Source: a phage
Assembly (NCBI GenBank): GCA_012690745.1
Contig: GCA_012690745.1_4086.1
Reading direction: 5' to 3' (one strand)
Length of the DNA: 64,000 nt
Below, one piece after another: positions 49,563-64,000 of the stretch. A program made the translations under genes and the position numbers. The notes under the pieces were generated by a model that did no database searches, was not told where the DNA came from, and saw nothing but the letters and a program-made list of their open reading frames with translations. Within the stretch, counting starts at the first letter, position 1. Each line of letters begins with the position of its first letter.

Positions 49563-50252
49563 TTAAACCAATGCTGGGATGTATTGGAAAAGTTTAACAC
49601 CGAAATCCCCTGCTGCATCAGCAGACTGGGAACGTAGATAAACTTCAGTAACACCATCTTTAGCAAGTAGCGGAACACCAGTTAGGTCATCAATTAGTAG
49701 ACGGCCTTCTTCGGATTCAGTACTTGGTACACCTTGTGGTGATTTAAGATCTTTGTTAAAGACACCAGCACGTTCAACTAGGAAGGTTACAACGGAAGCA
49801 TCAGCAATACTAACTGAACCTGCACTCAATACACCATCAGGTGCGTTGGTGAAACCAGTAACTGGAAATACTTCAAGACCATTACCTGCGATGTTAGAGG
49901 TAGCGATGATAACCGCACGTTGTTGAACAACATCGACAATACGTTTAACGTTAGTTTGTGCTGCATAAGATGCATTGTAATCAGCTTCTAGTGTGCCAAG
50001 AACAAATGCAGTTCCATCAATACGTTTGATACCTTTATCATTTAGATATGCTAGAATTTCTTCTGGAATATCAGTGTTTAGAAAACGTTGTAGACCAGCA
50101 TAAGAAGAAACTGCACCAGTAACTAGAACGTTTACGTTTCCTAGCTTACTGATAGCAATGGATGCTAGGGCGTTAGTGCCACAAAAGTAACCTAGAATAC
50201 GTTCAAAGGAATAACCATTGATACGTTCAAAAGAAGTATTAGTATATGACAT
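49563..50252 (-). CDS. Hypothetical late protein, paralogue A (229 aa), probably virion-associated
   Basis: Clear paralogue of the adjacent 50267-50866 gene (shared ...QQRAV(L/I)(V/I)(T/A)TS...F..ER..VFNK... segments). Confidence 0.45.
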   Translation of the reverse strand: MSYTNTSFERINGYSFERILGYFCGTNALASIAISKLGNVNVLVTGAVSSYAGLQRFLNTDIPEEILAYLNDKGIKRIDGTAFVLGTLEADYNASYAAQTNVKRIVDVVQQRAVIIATSNIAGNGLEVFPVTGFTNAPDGVLSAGSVSIADASVVTFLVERAGVFNKDLKSPQGVPSTESEEGRLLIDDLTGVPLLAKDGVTEVYLRSQSADAAGDFGVKLFQYIPALV

Positions 50253-50266
50253 AATCTATCCTCCTA

Positions 50267-50866
50267 TTATAGTTGAACAGGAAGAGCAGCACGTACTTTA
50301 ATTGCTACAGCAGTAGATGCACCTGCATCACCAACACCATCAGTACCTTGACTTACGAAAGTTTTGGTACGGAAAACTTTAGCTTGAGCGATAGACTTAG
50401 CTAGGTCAACAGTTGGATCAACTGGAGCAGGACATGCTGAACCAGGACGAACTTCTTGCTTGTTAAATACGTCTTGACGTTCACAGATGAAAGTCAATGC
50501 AACAGAATTAGCACCACCTGCTACATCAGCACCACTAGTACCGAACGCAACTACGTTTGGATTAGCATTTTTGAAATCAGCAGGAATAACAACTTCTGAA
50601 TCAAGAGCTAGTAGAGAGGTAGTAACTAGAACTGCACGTTGTTGTAGTAGTTGGGTAACCATGAATAGGTTATATTGAGCATTACTTAGAGCAGTTTGAT
50701 ACGCTTCAGCTTGAACATCAGAACCGTCAGAAGTAACTTTGGTAGTACCTAGTTCAACATCAGTTGGTAGATCGATTACGATGGTAACGAAACCGTTATT
50801 ACCACCCCACCATTCGCGAGCAACGCTAGACATACCATAGTTACGGTTAAAAGAATTAAGACTCAT
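50267..50866 (-). CDS. Hypothetical late protein, paralogue B (199 aa), probably virion-associated
   Basis: Paralogue of 49563-50252; preceded on the minus strand by two late-promoter-like TTGATAAATAA elements. Confidence 0.45.
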   Translation of the reverse strand: MSLNSFNRNYGMSSVAREWWGGNNGFVTIVIDLPTDVELGTTKVTSDGSDVQAEAYQTALSNAQYNLFMVTQLLQQRAVLVTTSLLALDSEVVIPADFKNANPNVVAFGTSGADVAGGANSVALTFICERQDVFNKQEVRPGSACPAPVDPTVDLAKSIAQAKVFRTKTFVSQGTDGVGDAGASTAVAIKVRAALPVQL

Positions 50867-51009
50867 GAAAATCTCCTTGTCAAATTTTGTGCAGGTATAT
50901 CCTGCTTAAAGTTATTTATCAAAAAATATCACTAGCATTTAAATTTACTGAGATATTTAATGAATTTCTATGATATTATTTATCAAATCTGGGAAAGTGA
51001 TTCAAGATG

Positions 51010-51018
51010 TGCTATAAT
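51010..51018 (+). promoter_or_regulatory. Extended -10 sigma70-like promoter (TGcTATAAT) upstream of the RNase H gene
   Basis: TGcTATAAT about 65 nt upstream of ATG 51085. Confidence 0.4.
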
Positions 51019-51027
51019 TATCAATGA

Positions 51028-56285
<5,258 letters not shown>

Positions 56286-56305
56286 TTAAAAAATATGGGA
56301 CAGTA

Positions 56306-56314
56306 TAAAAACCT
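56306..56314 (+). promoter_or_regulatory. Extended -10 promoter (TGcTATAAT) upstream of gp32
   Basis: TGcTATAAT about 100 nt upstream of ATG 56412. Confidence 0.4.
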
Positions 56315-56411
56315 GTGCTATAATGTAAAACGTTGAAGGAACAATGAAGTTTCTGAAACATTGAAGCCAATTAACAAATAACAAAGAAACCCAAAATCAA
56401 GGAAGATATAT

Positions 56412-57464
56412 ATGAAATCTCTAGCTGAAATTCGTGCACACCTAAAAGCAGAACAAGAAAAAGCAGAAGCTCAAAAGAATGGTACATTTACTGGCGAGCG
56501 TAAAGCTGATTCGTTCTTAGCTTTCTGGAACGTACCTTATAACGAACCACTAAACCTACGTTTTCTACCAGATGCAGATGAGTCTAACCCATTCTTCTGG
56601 CGTGAACGTGACATGATTAACCTAACTTTCAATGGTGTAGTCGGTATGCACACTGATAAAGTTACCGTTCAAGTGCCTTGCAACGAAATGTGGGTTCCTA
56701 AATCCTGTCCGGTTCTGAAAGAAGTACGTCAATGGTTCCAAAGTGCGAATGAAACAGGGAACGAAGAACTAAAAGCAATGGCTGGTCGTTACTGGAAGAA
56801 GAAAACCTATCTAATGCAATGTTTTATTGCTCCTGATAGCGTTGCAGTAAAAGACGACATTGCACCAGAAAATCCAATTCGTCGTATTCTGGCTAACAAA
56901 GATATCTTTGATAAAGTTAAATCCATCCTGCTAAACCCAGGCATCAAAGAGTCTCCAACTCACTACGTTCAAGGTCGTGATTTTGGTATTGTTAAAACTA
57001 AGAATGGTGGTGGTTATAATAGCTACGACATGTCTCAATTCTCCATGTCTGAGCGTCCACTAAACGAAGAAGAACTAGCAGCAATTGAAAAATATGGCCT
57101 ATACAATCTAAATGATTTTATGCCAAAACAACCAACTCCAGAAGAGTTGAAAGCAATTGAAGAAATGTTCGAAGCATCAGTAAATGGTGAAGCATATGAT
57201 CCAGCACGTTGGGCATTTGCATATCGTCCAGCAGGTGTACCAAAACCTAACTCTGGAACTGTTACTGAATCAAAACCAACTCCTGCTCCAGTACAACAAG
57301 AGTCAGCACCTGCACCAGTAGCACCTACTGCTCCAGTTACACCAGCCCCACAAGCTGCTCCAGTAACTCCAGTCGCTACCCCAGCAGCAACCACTCCTGA
57401 AGCACCAAAAGAACAACTATCTGCATCTGCACTAGTTGCTCGTTTGAAACAACAAGGTAAGTAA
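56412..57464 (+). CDS. gp32: Single-stranded DNA-binding protein (gp32-like) with Pro/Ala-rich C-terminal tail
   Basis: LNLRFLP and the Cys/His cluster (VPCNEMWVPKSCP) parallel the T4 gp32 zinc-binding core; the C-terminus is PAPV-repeat rich. Confidence 0.75.
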   Translation: MKSLAEIRAHLKAEQEKAEAQKNGTFTGERKADSFLAFWNVPYNEPLNLRFLPDADESNPFFWRERDMINLTFNGVVGMHTDKVTVQVPCNEMWVPKSCPVLKEVRQWFQSANETGNEELKAMAGRYWKKKTYLMQCFIAPDSVAVKDDIAPENPIRRILANKDIFDKVKSILLNPGIKESPTHYVQGRDFGIVKTKNGGGYNSYDMSQFSMSERPLNEEELAAIEKYGLYNLNDFMPKQPTPEELKAIEEMFEASVNGEAYDPARWAFAYRPAGVPKPNSGTVTESKPTPAPVQQESAPAPVAPTAPVTPAPQAAPVTPVATPAATTPEAPKEQLSASALVARLKQQGK

Positions 57465-57482
57465 TAGTTTTTGAAAAGTTAA

Positions 57483-57511
57483 GGGGCAACGGAGTTTGCC
57501 CCGTTTTATTT
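57483..57511 (+). terminator. Rho-independent terminator after gp32
   Basis: Stem GGGGCAA / TTGCCCC followed by GTTTTATTT. Confidence 0.65.
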
Positions 57512-57533
57512 CATAAAATTCAAGGAGCGAATT

Positions 57534-58652
57534 ATGAAAATGACAAGTGGTTTTGCGAACATTCTTAAAAACAGTACTGGTAGTGTTAAAAAGAATACTG
57601 GTGTTAGTGTTGGTTTTCATGATCCAGATACATGGGTTAGTACTGGTAACTATGCACTAAATTATCGCATCAGTGGCTATTTTGACCGTGGTATCCCACT
57701 AGGCAAAGTAACGATGTTTGCTGGTGAATCAGGTAGTGGTAAATCTTTTATCGTATCTGGTAATATTGCACGTGAAGCTCAAAAACAAGGCATCTTTGTT
57801 GTTATGATTGACTCAGAGAACGCATTGGATTCAGATTGGCTTCAAGCACTTGGTGTTGACACTTCTGAAGAAAAACTTTTGAAAGTCAATATGGGTATGA
57901 TTGGTGACGTTGCAAAATTCACCTATGAGTTCATTGAAGGATATCGTAAAGAATACGAAAATACACCTAAAGATGAACGTCAAAAAGTATTGTTTATTAT
58001 TGATTCAATTGGTATGCTAAACACTGAAGTAGCCAATGATCAAATGAAAGCGGGTAACCTTAAAGGTGACATGGGTCATAAACCCAAACAGCTTAAAGCA
58101 TATATCACAAACTGTGTAAACTCTATTGGTTCATTGAACATTGGTATGGTTTGCGTTAACCACAGTTATGAATCTCAGGACATGTTTAACCCAGATCCTA
58201 AAGTTTCAGGTGGTAGTGGCTTGATTTATGCTTCATCTATGGTTATCGCAATGGGTAAATTAAAACTTAAAGAAGATGAAGACGGAAATAAAACTTCCGA
58301 AGTAAATGGTATTCGTGCTAAATGTAAAGTCATGAAGACTCGTTACAACAAGCCGTTCGAAGATGTAGAAATTAAAATTCCTTGGGATAAAGGTATGGAC
58401 CCACGTAGTGGTCTACTAGATATGTTTGAAAAATACGGTCTAATCACTAAATCAGGTAACCGTCTATTGTATGTTGATATTGTAACTGGCGAACAGATTC
58501 TAAAATATCGCAAAGAGTGGATGCGTAATGAAGATTCATGTCTTGATTTGGTAATGCATCAATTTAAAAATCATCCTTTGATTGAAGAAGTTAAAGAAGA
58601 AGAAAAAGGTGATGAAACTTTTGGTACTGATGTGGATATTAGTGAGGAATAA
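57534..58652 (+). CDS. uvsX: RecA-like recombinase UvsX
   Basis: Walker A GESGSGKS; GMDPRSGLLDMFEKYG parallels T4 UvsX GIDPYSGLLDMALELG. Confidence 0.85.
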   Translation: MKMTSGFANILKNSTGSVKKNTGVSVGFHDPDTWVSTGNYALNYRISGYFDRGIPLGKVTMFAGESGSGKSFIVSGNIAREAQKQGIFVVMIDSENALDSDWLQALGVDTSEEKLLKVNMGMIGDVAKFTYEFIEGYRKEYENTPKDERQKVLFIIDSIGMLNTEVANDQMKAGNLKGDMGHKPKQLKAYITNCVNSIGSLNIGMVCVNHSYESQDMFNPDPKVSGGSGLIYASSMVIAMGKLKLKEDEDGNKTSEVNGIRAKCKVMKTRYNKPFEDVEIKIPWDKGMDPRSGLLDMFEKYGLITKSGNRLLYVDIVTGEQILKYRKEWMRNEDSCLDLVMHQFKNHPLIEEVKEEEKGDETFGTDVDISEE

Positions 58653-59113
58653 TGAAACCTTGGCATTGGATTATCAAAGATGATAAATCTAAAATTATTG
58701 AAATGATTGAGTTCTTTAACAAAGAAGTTGAAGAAGCTCGTCGTGAAGTAAAGAAGATTGGCATCATTGAAAAAATTGCTCAAGAGATTCCTGGCTGGCA
58801 TGAGACGCGTCTAAGCCAGCTTCAAGAACTTGAAGCAGTATTGGAAATGTTAGAAATTGAAATGCGTCAGGTACAAGCCGAGAAATTCAAATACTTTCTC
58901 GAAGGATACCGCCGTGCACTATCTTCATCTGACTGTAAAAAGTATGTTGAAGGTGATAAAGATGTTTGTGAGTTAGCAGAACTTATAAACGAGGTATCTT
59001 ATATAAGAAATACATATTCAAGTATTGTTAAATCCTTAGAGATGAAAGCTTTTCAGTTAAACAATATTGTGAGACTACGTGCCGCTGGTATTGAGGATGC
59101 ACGTTTAGAATAA
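58652..59113 (+). CDS. Hypothetical protein (153 aa)
   Basis: ORF overlapping the uvsX stop; followed by a terminator. Confidence 0.4.
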   Translation: MKPWHWIIKDDKSKIIEMIEFFNKEVEEARREVKKIGIIEKIAQEIPGWHETRLSQLQELEAVLEMLEIEMRQVQAEKFKYFLEGYRRALSSSDCKKYVEGDKDVCELAELINEVSYIRNTYSSIVKSLEMKAFQLNNIVRLRAAGIEDARLE

Positions 59114-59122
59114 TTATCATTA

Positions 59123-59147
59123 AGGACGCATATCGCGTCCTTTTTCT
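59123..59147 (+). terminator. Rho-independent terminator
   Basis: Stem AGGACGC / GCGTCCT followed by TTTTTCT. Confidence 0.6.
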
Positions 59148-59160
59148 ATGCGAGAATAAA

Positions 59161-59979
59161 ATGACAAAATTAAATGAGTTTTTATCAAATGTAGCAGTTC
59201 TAGATACTGAAACTACTGGGGTTGAGAGTGAAGATGATATTATTGAATTTAGTATCTCGTATCCACATACTTCACATGAAAACATTGATACTATTGATAA
59301 CTATACATTGAGATACAAACCCTTGAAAGATATTCCACCAGAGGCATCTGCTGTGCACTTTATCAGTACTGAGGATGTAGCTAATTGTGTTGGGTATAAA
59401 GATGATTTAGATAACATTGATGCACTTATGGGATGCCGTAAGTATTTTGTTGGTCATAATGTACAATTTGACCGTAGAATGATGGTAGATAACGAATATA
59501 AATATCGTAACTCAATTTCACAGTACTTACTTGATGAAAATAAATGGATTTGTACCCTTCGTCTTGCTAAGAAAATGTTCGCAGAAGATATTGAATTTAA
59601 AAACTTAACTCTAAGTTATTTGTGGTATAAGTTTGGATGTTATCGTGATGTTCATCGACCTGTTAATGCACACGCAGCAAAAGACGATGTGTTCATGTGT
59701 TATCAGGTTCTAATCAAATTAGTTGAAATTGCAATCGAACGTGGACATATTGAACCTAATGGTGATATTGGTGAGCAAATTGTAACTTTCTGCAACACAC
59801 CAATGCGTTATCAATTCATGCCATTTGGTAAACACAAAGGTGAGCCAATGAGTACAGTTCCATTGAATTACATTGAATGGATGATTGCTAATAGTGACAT
59901 TTTAGATGCAAGTAACCCTAACTGTGATAAAGATTTAGTATATACATTTGAGTACGAATATAATACTCGAACTAATTAA
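59161..59979 (+). CDS. DEDDh-family 3'-5' exonuclease (DnaQ-like)
   Basis: Exo I LDTETTG, Exo II VGHNVQFD, Exo III HAAKDD. Confidence 0.6.
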   Translation: MTKLNEFLSNVAVLDTETTGVESEDDIIEFSISYPHTSHENIDTIDNYTLRYKPLKDIPPEASAVHFISTEDVANCVGYKDDLDNIDALMGCRKYFVGHNVQFDRRMMVDNEYKYRNSISQYLLDENKWICTLRLAKKMFAEDIEFKNLTLSYLWYKFGCYRDVHRPVNAHAAKDDVFMCYQVLIKLVEIAIERGHIEPNGDIGEQIVTFCNTPMRYQFMPFGKHKGEPMSTVPLNYIEWMIANSDILDASNPNCDKDLVYTFEYEYNTRTN

Positions 59980-59994
59980 TAAAGGTAATCATGG

Positions 59995-61479
59995 ATGAAA
60001 ACTTGTAAGTTAACCTTATTGGATGAGGTGAATTGTAAATTTGAGGGACTTGATCCCTCAATTAGACAAAAGATGATTCGTGCAACTGAATATGTGTTAC
60101 CATATGCAAAGTTCACACCAGCAGGACGTATTGGACGTTGGGATGGTAAAGTTCAGTTTATGAATTTAGGCGGGACAACTTATTATCATATGTTAGATAA
60201 GTTATTGCCTATTCTTGATGAAGCTAAGATTGACATTGAATTAGTAGATCATAGGGTAGATTATGGATTTAAATTTGACCCCATTGATGAAGATATTTTT
60301 AGTGATGTTGTATTCGGTGCAGGACACCACATGGAAGGTAAATCCATAAAACTACGTGAACATCAAGTTAATGCGGTTAATGCATGTTTGGCTAATCCAC
60401 ACGGACTGCTATTGGCAGCTACTGGTGCAGGTAAAACTCTCATTACTGCTGCATTGTCAAAGAAAGTGCAAGAGTATGGACGTTCTGTTATAATAGTACC
60501 AAGTACTGACTTAGTACAACAAACATATGATGACTACATTATGTGTGGGTTGGATACTGGCATGTTCTATGGTTCACAAAAAGATTTTGGTCACCAACAT
60601 ACTATTACGACTTGGCAATCATTTAACTCTCTATGGAAGAAAACCAAGAAAGGTGAAATTGAATTAACTGAACAAGACGTGAATGATTTTATCGATGGAG
60701 TAGTTTGTGTTATCGTTGATGAGTGTCAAGGTGCAGGCGGTGACGCATTAGTTCAAGTACTTTCTAAAGTTATGAATAACGTACCATTACGTTGGGGTCT
60801 TACTGGAACAATTCCTAAAGATCCGGTAGTTGCCGCGAAAATCAAATGTAATGTTGGTGATGTTATATTTAAAATAACTGCAAAGGAATTACAAGATAAA
60901 CAAATACTAAGTACATGTAATGTGAATTGCATCAAACTAAAAAGTAGTATGAAGTTTGCATCATATGCTGAAGAGTTGAAATACTTAGTAACTGACAGAG
61001 ATAGGATGGCATATGTAGCGTCATTGATATCTGCGTTATCTGAATCAGGAAACACTTTAGTTTTAGTAGATAGACTTGAAGCAGGTGAGTTGCTATGTGA
61101 ATTTTTAGGCATTCCCAAATCAGAATTCGTTCGTGGAGAAACTAAAAAGAAAGATCGAGAATCATCTTATGGTGAAATTCGTTGGGCTGATAATAAAATA
61201 CTTATTGCGACATACGGCGTTGCCAGTACTGGTATTAGTATTTCAAGGTTATATAATGTAGTATTGATTGAGCCAGGAAAAAGTTTTGTAAGAACTATAC
61301 AGTCAATTGGACGTGGATTACGCCGAGCAGAAGATAAAGACCACGTAGAAATATATGATATTAGTGGTTCTAATAAGTATAGTGCCAAGCATTTACGAGA
61401 ACGTTTAGCTTACTATAAGGAAGCACAATATCCTCATAGTATAATAGATGTTAAAGATTGGGAAAACACAGCGGGATAA
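59995..61479 (+). CDS. uvsW: Superfamily-2 DNA helicase, UvsW-like
   Basis: Walker A ATGAGKT, DExx box VIVDECQ, motif VI SIGRGLRR. Confidence 0.65.
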   Translation: MKTCKLTLLDEVNCKFEGLDPSIRQKMIRATEYVLPYAKFTPAGRIGRWDGKVQFMNLGGTTYYHMLDKLLPILDEAKIDIELVDHRVDYGFKFDPIDEDIFSDVVFGAGHHMEGKSIKLREHQVNAVNACLANPHGLLLAATGAGKTLITAALSKKVQEYGRSVIIVPSTDLVQQTYDDYIMCGLDTGMFYGSQKDFGHQHTITTWQSFNSLWKKTKKGEIELTEQDVNDFIDGVVCVIVDECQGAGGDALVQVLSKVMNNVPLRWGLTGTIPKDPVVAAKIKCNVGDVIFKITAKELQDKQILSTCNVNCIKLKSSMKFASYAEELKYLVTDRDRMAYVASLISALSESGNTLVLVDRLEAGELLCEFLGIPKSEFVRGETKKKDRESSYGEIRWADNKILIATYGVASTGISISRLYNVVLIEPGKSFVRTIQSIGRGLRRAEDKDHVEIYDISGSNKYSAKHLRERLAYYKEAQYPHSIIDVKDWENTAG

Positions 61480-61491
61480 ACCCGCTGTTTG

Positions 61492-61500
61492 TGATATAAT
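61492..61500 (+). promoter_or_regulatory. Extended -10 promoter (TGaTATAAT), overlapping a terminator-like hairpin
   Basis: TGaTATAAT directly after the hairpin GCGGG/CCCGC at 61471-61485. Confidence 0.35.
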
Positions 61501-61534
61501 GTGTCATATGACAACAACAAGGATGTAAAATAAA

Positions 61535-61963
61535 ATGGAATTGAGATCTAGTATTGCTTTTATTTGTGACCAAGAAACTTTAGAAGTTATGGATGTATTG
61601 TTGAACGATGATGGTATTATGGATGACATGGTATCTTCTCTTGACTATATACCTGAGCTAGAAACGGATGATACTAACGTATGGAGATGTAATATTGATA
61701 GTGATTCTTGGATTAATATTTATGAATTACAGACACGAATTGATTCTAAAGTAGAATCATTGAAATATGATATCATCTATGCAAGTACTGACACGAAAAC
61801 TTTTATTGATGTAGTAAGTCTAAGTGGTAATTTTGATTCATATCTGGATACTGATGTAGATAAAATTCAAGAGATGTGTGAAACTTATGGACTTGAATTT
61901 TATGGCGTAGAAGACCAAGATGATGAAGAATATTATGATGACGAAGAAGATTCGCAGTACTAA
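61535..61963 (+). CDS. Hypothetical protein with acidic C-terminus (142 aa)
   Basis: ORF; C-terminus DQDDEEYYDDEEDSQY. Confidence 0.4.
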   Translation: MELRSSIAFICDQETLEVMDVLLNDDGIMDDMVSSLDYIPELETDDTNVWRCNIDSDSWINIYELQTRIDSKVESLKYDIIYASTDTKTFIDVVSLSGNFDSYLDTDVDKIQEMCETYGLEFYGVEDQDDEEYYDDEEDSQY

Positions 61964-61972
61964 GGAGATGAC

Positions 61973-62470
61973 ATGAACGTATTAACACCTGAAAATAATT
62001 CTTTTGACATGGATTTAGTAACAGAACATATCCCTGAAGAAATGTATTGTGTTTTGGATCTAAGCCCAAATGGTGAATCTGATTTTTATTTTAGACATAT
62101 TCTAAACACCGTATCATTTAATAGTATTAGTGCTGATCTTCAAATTGGTGAAAAGATTATTCAAGTGCCTCTAGGATGGCAAATTATGTTAGGTGATGAA
62201 GAAACTGGTATGGTTGAGATGTGTACAATTGAAAACATTCTTAACATGAAAGAACCAAAAGCTTTTGTTTACAATCCTATCCGTTCAATGTATCCTAAGT
62301 TTGAACCAGTCAAAGTACTACGTGTATTTGCATTAACTACAAAGTGGCAGATACCAATGTTACCTAAAAAGAATTTACTATGCGTCCCACTACATAGTGG
62401 TGAAAATCCACCATGTGTGTACTTTGCAGATGAAAACGAAAAAATTCAAGATTTGTATCTAGGAGTATAA
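61973..62470 (+). CDS. Hypothetical protein (165 aa)
   Basis: ORF with RBS. Confidence 0.4.
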   Translation: MNVLTPENNSFDMDLVTEHIPEEMYCVLDLSPNGESDFYFRHILNTVSFNSISADLQIGEKIIQVPLGWQIMLGDEETGMVEMCTIENILNMKEPKAFVYNPIRSMYPKFEPVKVLRVFALTTKWQIPMLPKKNLLCVPLHSGENPPCVYFADENEKIQDLYLGV

Positions 62471-62474
62471 AATA

Positions 62475-63320
62475 GTGTTTGATTTCAGTGATATTAAAAA
62501 TAAGTCGGTCGATGATGATGAAAAACCAACACAGCATTCTTTTTCTATTGCTGAATTTCTAAAACACATTGACCGTGCTGATTATAAGTACTATAATGAC
62601 ATGACCGAAAAAGAACGAAAAGAGTTTACTCCATATACTGTTTTGCGATGGGTAAGCTCTTTAGATGATTCGTTACAAGTAACCTACCCTAGTAGTAAAG
62701 TTGAAAGTGTATTTGGAAAATGGAAATCTGGTGGTAAAGAAGCACTGACTGAACTAGTTACTGAATTAAAGTCTTCAGGGACAAATGTTTCATCAGTAAC
62801 TAAGTACTGTCATAGTGATTATGATTGGCGTATTAAATTTGCAGTCCAATCAAAAGATGACGCACAAAAATTAATATCCTCAATGGTCGAATTTGGCGTA
62901 TCAGGTTCCGAAATTGTTTCATTAGTAGATACTGAAGTTGTCAAATACCAACTTATTATGCTAAATGATATGGTTAATGATGGATTTTGGGATATGAAAG
63001 AACATCCAGAATTAGTATATCAGCTTATGTGTTCAGTCCATGATATGATTGGTGGACAAGAAATGCCACGTAACTGGTTAAACTTTTCTAAGAATTTCAA
63101 AAAGGCAAATAACGAATTATTTGAGTTAATTAAAAGCTCACAACCTGATACTATATCTACTCAAATGAATGAAGATGAGTACAAAATTGTTCTATTGCAG
63201 TATGATAAAAAAACATTTGAGACATTTCTTGACAATAATGGTTTTCAAGATAATGAAAAGAAATCTATGATGAAATTGTTTAAAGAAGAATGTAAAAAAT
63301 ATGGCAAAGAAATCAAGTAA
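62475..63320 (+). CDS. Hypothetical protein (281 aa), GTG start
   Basis: GTG start preceded by AGGAG at a 9-nt spacing; no in-frame ATG for about 40 codons. Confidence 0.4.
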   Translation: MFDFSDIKNKSVDDDEKPTQHSFSIAEFLKHIDRADYKYYNDMTEKERKEFTPYTVLRWVSSLDDSLQVTYPSSKVESVFGKWKSGGKEALTELVTELKSSGTNVSSVTKYCHSDYDWRIKFAVQSKDDAQKLISSMVEFGVSGSEIVSLVDTEVVKYQLIMLNDMVNDGFWDMKEHPELVYQLMCSVHDMIGGQEMPRNWLNFSKNFKKANNELFELIKSSQPDTISTQMNEDEYKIVLLQYDKKTFETFLDNNGFQDNEKKSMMKLFKEECKKYGKEIK

Positions 63321-64000
63321 TAAAGTATATACCTGTAGATTTTGTGATCGTGAATTTAAACGTGAAGAAACTGTAAACACACATAAATGTATAAAACGTG
63401 ACCGATACGAAGACCGCCAAAGCCGCCAGATGATGGAGGCTTTTCGTATATATATGCAATTTATGGAATTGAATAAGTTCCCATTTAAAAAAGGCGTAGA
63501 GCCTTTTATTGCTTTTATAAAGTCAAAGTACTTTAATGATTTTTATAGTTTTGCCGAATACTATTTGAATAATAGAGATATTATTAATGTGGACGAGTTT
63601 GTAAAGTACTTGATTATCAATAACAAACCAATCACGGAATGGAGTACATATAAAGCAAAAGATGAATGGATATTAAAAACAATTCGTGCCGAGCACCCAA
63701 AAGAAGCAATTGCAAGAAGTGTTATCTCACTGGTTGAATGGGCTGAAAATTTGAATGTACAATGGAATACTTTCTTTGAAAATGTAAGTTCTGCCCGTGC
63801 AATTGCATGGATTGAGAGTGGTAAAATTTCACCTTGGATTATCTGGCTTGCTCCTAAAAAAAGTACTAATAAGTTTTTTAAAAAACTATCAAACTCAGAA
63901 ATTGAATATATACTTAAATACATCGATCCAAGTTATTTTGAAATCAAAACTATAAAATACAAAAAGGATTGTGATGAAATTAAGATTATGCTATGTGAGG
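63301..64000 (+). CDS. Hypothetical zinc-finger protein, 5' part only (runs past the window end)
   Basis: ATG at 63301, open frame to 64000, not in the supplied ORF track because it has no stop in the window. N-terminal CRFC...H.C zinc-finger-like motif. Confidence 0.4.
   Translation, partial: MAKKSSNKVYTCRFCDREFKREETVNTHKCIKRDRYEDRQSRQMMEAFRIYMQFMELNKFPFKKGVEPFIAFIKSKYFNDFYSFAEYYLNNRDIINVDEFVKYLIINNKPITEWSTYKAKDEWILKTIRAEHPKEAIARSVISLVEWAENLNVQWNTFFENVSSARAIAWIESGKISPWIIWLAPKKSTNKFFKKLSNSEIEYILKYIDPSYFEIKTIKYKKDCDEIKIMLCE

Noticed and set aside
57035-57394. Gly/Ala-rich minus-strand ORF opposite the gp32 C-terminus
   Set aside because: It is a reverse-complement artefact of the Pro/Ala-rich repeat region; there is no RBS.

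Overview
This window reads as an AT-rich segment of a T4-like virulent myovirus genome, with no sign of host chromosome, integrase, transposase, rRNA or CRISPR. Three conserved T4-type modules are recognisable by protein motifs read directly from the ORF translations. (1) A minus-strand baseplate block (about 23.5 kb down to 3 kb): hub-like protein, gp5-like spike with a C-terminal T4-lysozyme domain, a second stand-alone lysozyme, gp25-like and gp6-like wedge proteins, and a giant ~3,300-aa virion protein. (2) Replication, recombination and late-transcription genes: gp55-like late sigma factor, gp47/gp46 (Mre11/Rad50-like), family-B DNA polymerase, sliding clamp, RNase H, gp32 SSB, UvsX, a DEDDh exonuclease and a UvsW-like helicase. 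(3) A head block: portal gp20, small and acidic core proteins, prohead protease gp21, scaffold gp22, major capsid protein, and large terminase. Between these sit accessory insertions, which are the most interesting part. A complete ClpA-type AAA+ unfoldase gene, with its own sigma70-like promoter and a bidirectional terminator, is inserted in opposite orientation inside the baseplate block. A roughly 460-nt ORF-free, promoter-to-terminator unit that looks like a structured non-coding RNA sits in a nuclease island (endonuclease VII-like gene plus a homing-endonuclease-like gene with three zinc-ribbon repeats). A second homing-endonuclease-like gene is split by a frameshift at an A8 homopolymer, next to a free-standing copy of its T5orf172/GIY-YIG-like domain. 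There is also a GroES-like co-chaperonin and a tandem pair of paralogous late genes. Perfect T4 late-promoter octamers (TATAAATA) precede several structural genes, and extended -10 (TGnTATAAT) promoters precede early/replication genes. All functional calls rest on by-eye motif recognition without database searches, and coordinates of short motifs may be off by a base or two.
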